NCBI GenBank assembly: GCA_937873695.1
Contig: CALMYL010000008.1
Coordinates: forward strand, 173,369-237,368
DNA length: 64,000 nucleotides
From: an uncultured Ignavibacteria bacterium
GTDB lineage: Bacteria; Bacteroidota; Ignavibacteria; Tepidaquicellales; OLB5
Reading direction: 5' to 3'
In this document: one piece after another, positions 58,073 to 64,000 of the stretch
Numbering within the stretch: position 1 is the stretch's first letter
Layout of the letters: each line of letters begins with the position of its first letter
Notes under the pieces: generated by a model
What the model saw: only the letters and a program-made list of their open reading frames with translations
What the model was told of the DNA's origin: nothing
Databases searched by the model: none
Position numbers and translations under genes: made by a program

Positions 58073-60237
58073 CGGCTTGCTGAAAATGTTATTGTCTCTA
58101 TTACATCTCCAATCTGAATTTTGTCAACTACATCGAAACCTTCAACAACTTTGCCGAACATTGTATATTTCCCGTCAAGATGCGGCTGGGGTGAGTGTGT
58201 AATGAAAAACTGGCTGCCCTCGGTATCCTTACCGCTTGAAGCCATGCCAATGGTGTATTCATCAAAAGGAAAGGGGGAGAGTTCACTGCGAATTGAGTAA
58301 CCGGGACCGCCAAAACCTGTACCGGTAGGGTCACCGCCCTGAATCACAAAATTTGGCACAACCCTGTGGAATATTGTATTATTGTAATATCCATTTTCTC
58401 CCAGTTTTACAAAATTTTGTACAGTAAACGGAGAGATCTTATAATTCAGCTCTGCAACAATGATACCTTGATTTGTCTTTATTGCTGCAAATTTTTTTTG
58501 TTCAAGCTTTGCGATAAAATCCCAGTCAAAATCAGTGCGGTATTTTGGGGCAGTTATTTTACCGGATCTATCTTCACCCGTAATTTTCTGTAACGCATCA
58601 CTTGATGTTTTTGCAATATCGTAATCACTGCTTTTTAAGTTATTGGTAAGAATATCTTTAGCACCGTCAAATTTCATATTTCCCCATGCTTCTATATACA
58701 TAAGCATTACATCTTTATCCTTAGGCAGTGTAAATGACTGGTAATCAAATGTCATTATCTGGCAGGTCTCAGCTCTGTACTGCATGTAAATTGAATCCTG
58801 CAGATTGCTTAAACAGATTTCAGTTAATGGCGCGTCCTTTGAAGATGCGAATTCAGAAAATATCAGCCTGATGATATTACGGTTCTCGCTATCCATTTTG
58901 TCATCAAGCTCTGTAAGCGCGTTCACAAAAGCGCGGTACATTTTAGCAAGGTCATTTGAGCCAATCATGGAGCCATCTTTATTGGGGTGGATTTCATTAT
59001 ACTTCATCACATCATTGCTTACATTTTCGCGGAGATCTTTATACACCAAAGGGTCATCAAAAAAACCGAATGATTCAACCACCGCTGATTTTATGTCGTA
59101 GTTATCAGTGGAATTAAATATCGCAAAAAGATCGGCTTTAGCCTCATCTTTAAATATCCTGGCATATGTCTTGATCGCCTCGGCTTTTATTTGCCAGTCA
59201 TACGCCTTGCCGGGAGTAGTTATAAATAATATTTCCTGCTGAATTTTACGGGTAAATGGATTTCGAGTATCTGCCCCGGCGAACAATTTTCCGAGCGCCT
59301 GCCAGCTTACAATTGATACATGAACAGAAGGGTCATTTTCGGCATGCTCAATGAGTGCATTTACGGTTTTTTCAAGCAGGGGAGAGTTCAGGTCAATTTT
59401 ATAATTACCCAGCGCGTTAACAATGTTTACTCTCACGCGCCAGTCAATTTCTTTTGAGAGCACATCCAGCAGAAATTCTATTGAAGCAGTATCCTGTTGT
59501 TTGCCGATGGCTGATACTGCCCACATTCTCGCCAATGGATCAGGTGAAGTGGCTGAAATGATAAGCTCAGTATTATAAGCAATTAATGCATCTTTATCAT
59601 TTATACGGTTGAAAGCATAAGTAACATTCCTGCGGACTGTTGAGTCGGCAGTCTGTTCAAATAACTCCGCAAGTTTTCTGAATCCGGCATCACTTTTAAT
59701 CTTCCTCATACCAAATCTTGCAATTGCCATTGCAATTGCGGCGTTTATCAGCCGATTTTCTGAATTTATTTTTGTTAACATATTCAGATCTTCTTCATTT
59801 CCAGTTTTGCCAAGACTGTTGATTATTTCTGTTGTCAGCAGTGCTTTGTTATTATCAACTAATACATCGTTCAATTTCTGTTTAAGATAAACCGGACTTT
59901 TGAAGCTGACTATCTGGCCCAATGCAAAGGCTAAAATTCTGGATGAAAACTCGTCTGACTCTTGATCTAACATTTTTTCTCCTATTATTTCAAGAATGGT
60001 CGTATCACTAAAATTTGAAAGTACAAACGCAGCCATAGACGATTTATATTTATCTGATGATCTCAGCATCTCAATTAGGTGATTATCTTTTCCTAATGAT
60101 CTGGTATCTTTTAATTCAAAGATCATTTTTTCATCTTCATTTAAGGTTTGTGAAGACGTACTGAAACTGGTAAGTATAATCAGCAGTACGAGATTTTTCA
60201 CTGTGCTCAGAAATGGGTTATCTCTTCTTAACATCAC
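58069..60237 (-). CDS. Cyclophilin-type peptidyl-prolyl isomerase fused to a long N-terminal HEAT/ARM-like repeat region
   Basis: The C-terminal ~170 aa read FHRVVPNFVIQGGDPTGTGFGGPGYSIRSE...GKYTMFGKVVEG. The N-terminal ~540 aa are helical repeats after a signal peptide. Confidence 0.8.
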   Translation of the reverse strand: MMLRRDNPFLSTVKNLVLLIILTSFSTSSQTLNEDEKMIFELKDTRSLGKDNHLIEMLRSSDKYKSSMAAFVLSNFSDTTILEIIGEKMLDQESDEFSSRILAFALGQIVSFKSPVYLKQKLNDVLVDNNKALLTTEIINSLGKTGNEEDLNMLTKINSENRLINAAIAMAIARFGMRKIKSDAGFRKLAELFEQTADSTVRRNVTYAFNRINDKDALIAYNTELIISATSPDPLARMWAVSAIGKQQDTASIEFLLDVLSKEIDWRVRVNIVNALGNYKIDLNSPLLEKTVNALIEHAENDPSVHVSIVSWQALGKLFAGADTRNPFTRKIQQEILFITTPGKAYDWQIKAEAIKTYARIFKDEAKADLFAIFNSTDNYDIKSAVVESFGFFDDPLVYKDLRENVSNDVMKYNEIHPNKDGSMIGSNDLAKMYRAFVNALTELDDKMDSENRNIIRLIFSEFASSKDAPLTEICLSNLQDSIYMQYRAETCQIMTFDYQSFTLPKDKDVMLMYIEAWGNMKFDGAKDILTNNLKSSDYDIAKTSSDALQKITGEDRSGKITAPKYRTDFDWDFIAKLEQKKFAAIKTNQGIIVAELNYKISPFTVQNFVKLGENGYYNNTIFHRVVPNFVIQGGDPTGTGFGGPGYSIRSELSPFPFDEYTIGMASSGKDTEGSQFFITHSPQPHLDGKYTMFGKVVEGFDVVDKIQIGDVIETITFSASR

Positions 60238-61615
60238 TTTTCTTTTTAGGTTCAGTTTTCTTTTTCTCTGTTGGTTTCTTTACGTCAGTCTTTTTCTTCA
60301 CATCAGTTTTCTTCTTTACGTCTGTTTTCTTCTTCGTATCAGTTTTTTTATCTGTCTGCTTTTTATCGGCAAACTTCTTTTCATTCTGTTTCTTAAGCTG
60401 CTCTTCTTTTGCTTTTTCCTGTCTTAAAAGCTCTTCCTTCTCAAACGCGTCTTTCTTTGCGGAGTAATCAGCAAAGTTATAAAACTTGTAGCCAAGTTTT
60501 TTAAGCCTGAGTATTTCATCATAGAATAGCCCAAATTCATCTTTGTTCACTGCAATCGATGTAATTACGCTTTTTGCCAGATTACCTTTGGTTTTAAGGT
60601 TAGCTGCGAATAATGCGTATTTCTCCTTTGACTCATCTTCCGCTTTTGTAACAAGCTGCGCAAGTTCAGTATCGGGTATGACCTTAATCTTATATGAAGA
60701 AAGACCATTTGAAATTGATGCAATTAATTTCGGGTCTATATCATTATCCTTTTTTGAAAGTATCACAGATGTTACCGTAGGAAAATCAACACTGAAGTTT
60801 TTTACACGCTCGTGAATTGCCTTTTCATCCATAGAAGCGTTGAAGTCAGTCTCGTAATTTTCCCTGCCGCCTACTGTAAGATTGATAATTACATCCTTCT
60901 TGCTGTGAAGCAGTTTATTCTGCAAATCAATTTCATCCAGGTTCCTTGGGAAAACAAAACTGAACTCACTTTTGTTAATAAGGTACTTATCTATATCTTC
61001 GTCAGAGTAATCGGTGATGTTATTGATTATCACGCATACTATCGCGCTTTCCCTGTGAATCTTATCTGAATGTGAAATATTCAGCTTTGCAAGCGGCAAT
61101 TTGGATGTTGAATCAGGATTGTTAACTATTATGACAATATCCTTGGTAATTATATCCTCGTTTACTGATGAACTAAGCCCCAGGCTGCTGAAATACCCGG
61201 CAAGGTCAGCATTTACCTCAATTGATGTAAGGTCACCCGGAATAATAACATTCTTCACAAAAAGTTCAGCATTACCGGGGTTATTTTTGCCCGATTTCTT
61301 CTGTGATTTTGTATCACCTGTAGTGAGGGATGATTCATTCTTTATCCATTCGTTTTTTATCCCGAAATTTCTCAGAACTGAATCTACACCGGGTGAAAGG
61401 TTTTGCCTTAAAGCTTCAATATTCTGTTTTCCGGGCAGTGTGCTGACTTCATCTGTTTCTGTGATACTGCCCGATGGGTCTTTTACGGTAACGGGCTCGT
61501 TTTTCAGCACATATTTTGATACTAATAATGCAGCAGCAACCACAATTAGAGCAGCAATAACAATTACTTTGTTGCGGAACGATTTAAAGAATTCTTTTAT
61601 TTTAGATATTATCAA
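60218..61615 (-). CDS. Membrane-anchored protein with a Lys-rich hexapeptide-repeat C-terminal tail (possibly a divergent polysaccharide-deacetylase-like core)
   Basis: It has an N-terminal TM anchor (VIVIAALIVVAAALLV). The C-terminus reads TDKK-TDTKKK-TDVKKK-TDVKKK-TDVKK-PTEKKK-TEPKKK-SDVKKR. The core assignment is only a weak impression. Confidence 0.45.
   Translation of the reverse strand: MIISKIKEFFKSFRNKVIVIAALIVVAAALLVSKYVLKNEPVTVKDPSGSITETDEVSTLPGKQNIEALRQNLSPGVDSVLRNFGIKNEWIKNESSLTTGDTKSQKKSGKNNPGNAELFVKNVIIPGDLTSIEVNADLAGYFSSLGLSSSVNEDIITKDIVIIVNNPDSTSKLPLAKLNISHSDKIHRESAIVCVIINNITDYSDEDIDKYLINKSEFSFVFPRNLDEIDLQNKLLHSKKDVIINLTVGGRENYETDFNASMDEKAIHERVKNFSVDFPTVTSVILSKKDNDIDPKLIASISNGLSSYKIKVIPDTELAQLVTKAEDESKEKYALFAANLKTKGNLAKSVITSIAVNKDEFGLFYDEILRLKKLGYKFYNFADYSAKKDAFEKEELLRQEKAKEEQLKKQNEKKFADKKQTDKKTDTKKKTDVKKKTDVKKKTDVKKPTEKKKTEPKKKSDVKKR
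60221..60355 (-). repeat. Coding 18-nt tandem repeat (about 8 units, TDVKKK)
   Basis: On the plus strand, iterated CTTTACGTCAGTCTTTTT / CTTCACATCAGTTTTCTT / CTTTACGTCTGTTTTCTT units are visible. Confidence 0.7.
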
Positions 61616-61742
61616 TTAATTAGCTGAATTTACTACCATATTAATATAAATATGGCAGTTTTATATGACTAAAAATATTTATATTTTGTCATTAATACTA
61701 CATAATTTTCAATCTTAAACATTAATAGAGGAGAATAGGGAT

Positions 61743-62456
61743 ATGGAACCAATTCCTGTAATGCGGGAGAGTTTTTCGGAAGTGCAGGATTCTGCAAGAA
61801 CATTCATTCTGAAAGTATATATGTGGATGACTGCGGGATTAATGATAACTGCTGTTATTTCAATAGCCCCTTTTCTTATTTTTACCGAAACTCAATTCAT
61901 GAACCTGATAACAGAATATATTTTTGTATTCTACGGATTAATGATATTTGAGCTGCTTATTGTATTTGGACTATCATATGCAATTAACAAAATACCTGCA
62001 ATTCTGGGACTTCTTGTGTTCCTGTTCTATTCATTCCTGAACGGGGTAACGCTTTCACCAATATTTCTGATCTATACAGGTTCATCGATATTTTCAACCT
62101 TCCTCATTTGCTCGATGATGTTTGGCGGAACCAGCATTCTTGGCTTCATCACCAAAATGGATCTTACAAAATTTGGTGCATATTTAACAATGGCGCTTAT
62201 CGGACTTATTGCCGCAATGGTTGTTAACCTGTTCCTGAACAGCAGCATGATGAGCTGGATAATTTCGCTTATCGGAGTGTTCCTTTTTGTAGGACTTACT
62301 GCTTACGATACCCAAACGATCAAGAAGATGGCCGGCGGAATTGACGCGGCATCAGAAGACGGTAAAAAAGCATCTATAATGGGAGCGTTGACTTTATACC
62401 TGGATTTCATAAATCTTTTCCTCTTCTTACTGCGTTTACTTGGCAGAAGAAACTAA
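61743..62456 (+). CDS. Bax inhibitor-1 / YccA-family membrane protein
   Basis: It is 237 aa with 7 TM helices, an N-terminal FILKVYMWMTAGL, and a charged C-terminus (LLRLLGRRN). Confidence 0.8.
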   Translation: MEPIPVMRESFSEVQDSARTFILKVYMWMTAGLMITAVISIAPFLIFTETQFMNLITEYIFVFYGLMIFELLIVFGLSYAINKIPAILGLLVFLFYSFLNGVTLSPIFLIYTGSSIFSTFLICSMMFGGTSILGFITKMDLTKFGAYLTMALIGLIAAMVVNLFLNSSMMSWIISLIGVFLFVGLTAYDTQTIKKMAGGIDAASEDGKKASIMGALTLYLDFINLFLFLLRLLGRRN

Positions 62457-62477
62457 TTAACTAACTATATTATATTA

Positions 62478-63917
62478 ATGATCAAAAACTTAAAATTACT
62501 GCTCATTCTCTCGTTTTTCGCGGCGGCGCAGGTTTACCCGCAGGTAAACTTTGTAAATGCGTTTCCCAATCTTTCATTTTCACTGCCCTTGTTCTTAACA
62601 CACTCAGGTGATGGCACCAACAGGATATTTGTTGTGCAGCAGCGCGGAATAATAAAAGTATTCCCGAATGATTCAATGACAACCAATGTTCAGAATTTCA
62701 TTGATCTATCCAACATAGTAAGCTCATCCGGCAATGAAAGAGGTTTGCTGGGGCTTGCCTTCCACCCGAACTATTCATCCAACAGATATTTCTTTGTCTA
62801 TTATACCAGGCAAAGCGATGGGGCTCTGAGAATATCAAGGTTTACTACTCAATCAGGAAACCCCAATAAAGCAGATTCTTTAAGCGAGCTTAATATGCTC
62901 ACAATAGCCCACCCAACATACTCAAATCATAACGGCGGATGCCTGATGTTCGGCGCAGATGGTTATCTCTATGCCGGCACAGGTGATGGCGGCTCAGGCG
63001 GTGACCCCAATGCGAACGCGCAAAATGTTAATGTTCTTCTCGGTAAAATTTTAAGAATTGATATCAACACTCCAAGCGGCGGTAACAATTACAGTATTCC
63101 TCCAACAAATCCGTTCGCAGGCGGCGGCGGAGCGCCTGAAATATACGCTATCGGTATGAGAAACCCGTGGAGATTTTCACGTGACGCAGTCACAGGCACT
63201 ATCTATTGCGGTGATGTAGGACAGGATGCCTGGGAAGAAATTGATACTCTTGCAGTTGGTAAGAACTATGGCTGGAGATGTTATGAAGGAAATGCAACTT
63301 ATAATACTTCAGGATGCGGACCAATCGGAAATTATACATTCCCCATTGCAGTTTACCAGAATGTTGGTTCTGATATATCTGTGACCGGTGGGTATGTTTA
63401 CCGCGGGTCAAGGGTGCCGTGGCTTGTTGGCAGGTATATTTACGCTGATTATGGCAGCAGAAAAGTATGGAAGCTGCTTCTTAGCGGCGGCGCTGTTAGC
63501 GATAATTCGGTGATTGGCATTGCTCCGCAGGGTGTTCCTTCATTCGGGGTTGACCAGAGCAATGAGTTATATATTGTAGGCTCAAGCGGTACTATATTCA
63601 AATTACAGGATGCTTTGATTGGCGTGCAGGGGACATCGAACGAAATACCAAATGGATTTTCTCTGGAACAGAATTATCCGAATCCATTCAACCCCACCAC
63701 AAATATATATTACAATGTTGGTATGACAAGTGTTGTCAGCATTTCAGTTTACGATATGACAGGTAAAGAAGTTGCTGTACTTTTGAATGAATCGAAACCT
63801 GCGGGAAGGTATTCAGTTGAATTCAATGCTTCAAACTTGCCAAGCGGAGTCTATTTCTATAAAATGACAATTAACGGCAGCCAGTCAATTGAAAAGAAAA
63901 TGGTGTTGGTAAAGTAA
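62478..63917 (+). CDS. PQQ-dependent (soluble) sugar dehydrogenase-like beta-propeller with T9SS C-terminal sorting domain
   Basis: It has ERGLLGLAFHPNY, HNGG, GMRNPWRFS and GKNYGW. The tail reads LEQNYPNPFNPTTNIYYNV...GVYFYKM. Confidence 0.8.
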   Translation: MIKNLKLLLILSFFAAAQVYPQVNFVNAFPNLSFSLPLFLTHSGDGTNRIFVVQQRGIIKVFPNDSMTTNVQNFIDLSNIVSSSGNERGLLGLAFHPNYSSNRYFFVYYTRQSDGALRISRFTTQSGNPNKADSLSELNMLTIAHPTYSNHNGGCLMFGADGYLYAGTGDGGSGGDPNANAQNVNVLLGKILRIDINTPSGGNNYSIPPTNPFAGGGGAPEIYAIGMRNPWRFSRDAVTGTIYCGDVGQDAWEEIDTLAVGKNYGWRCYEGNATYNTSGCGPIGNYTFPIAVYQNVGSDISVTGGYVYRGSRVPWLVGRYIYADYGSRKVWKLLLSGGAVSDNSVIGIAPQGVPSFGVDQSNELYIVGSSGTIFKLQDALIGVQGTSNEIPNGFSLEQNYPNPFNPTTNIYYNVGMTSVVSISVYDMTGKEVAVLLNESKPAGRYSVEFNASNLPSGVYFYKMTINGSQSIEKKMVLVK

Positions 63918-63945
63918 TTTCTGTAGTATCACCAAGCTACTAATC

Positions 63946-63978
63946 AAAAAGCGTTTCGTCATGCGAAACGCTTTTTTT
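63946..63978 (+). terminator. Rho-independent terminator
   Basis: AAAAAGCGTTTCG-loop-CGAAACGCTTTTT followed by a T-run. Confidence 0.75.
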
Positions 63979-64000
63979 ATTTTCTATAAATTTGTATTTT

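Noticed and set aside
60203-60467. Plus-strand ORFs encoding FFFTSVFFF-type peptides.
   Set aside because: They are the antisense reading of the Lys-rich TDVKKK tandem repeat at the 3' end of the 60218..61615 gene. They are an artefact of the repeat.

Overview
This 64 kb chromosomal window looks like an FCB-group bacterium (Ignavibacteria/Bacteroidota-like). That is inferred from several secreted proteins ending in the T9SS-type sorting domain ('NYPNPFNP...'), a PorV-like outer-membrane barrel and a GWxTD protein. Most of the window is tightly packed housekeeping genes: pdxJ, a Sir2 deacylase, lptB, kup, a PgpH-like HD hydrolase, a Xer recombinase, a CCA-type nucleotidyltransferase, fbaB, ygfZ-like, ligA, kdsA, glcD-like, nadC, gpsA, plsY, nfu, mrp/apbC, a HEAT-cyclophilin fusion and BI-1. 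I recognised no rRNA, tRNA, CRISPR array, transposase or phage structural gene. Three visibly AT-richer patches interrupt this backbone, at about 31.2-34.0 kb, 37.2-39.5 kb and 45.6-47.3 kb. The best candidate for a novel or accessory system is the 37.3-39.5 kb islet. It is a two-gene operon encoding an SMC/ABC-type ATPase and a DUF4435/TOPRIM-like protein. This is the PARIS (AriA/AriB) or split-OLD architecture, but it is highly diverged and sits next to a small ORF broken by an in-frame TAG. The second candidate is a pair of paralogous ~500 aa helical proteins of unknown function, each divergently paired with a secreted beta-propeller gene. One of these loci also carries decayed T9SS-tail fragments. 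Other observations are nested GC-rich palindromic elements (one apparently in frame inside a gene), a dispersed intergenic repeat family, a five-copy TTCGTG(G/C)CACGAA motif array between two Fe-S genes, and a kup gene with no canonical start codon. All functional calls come from motif recognition by eye; no database search was run.
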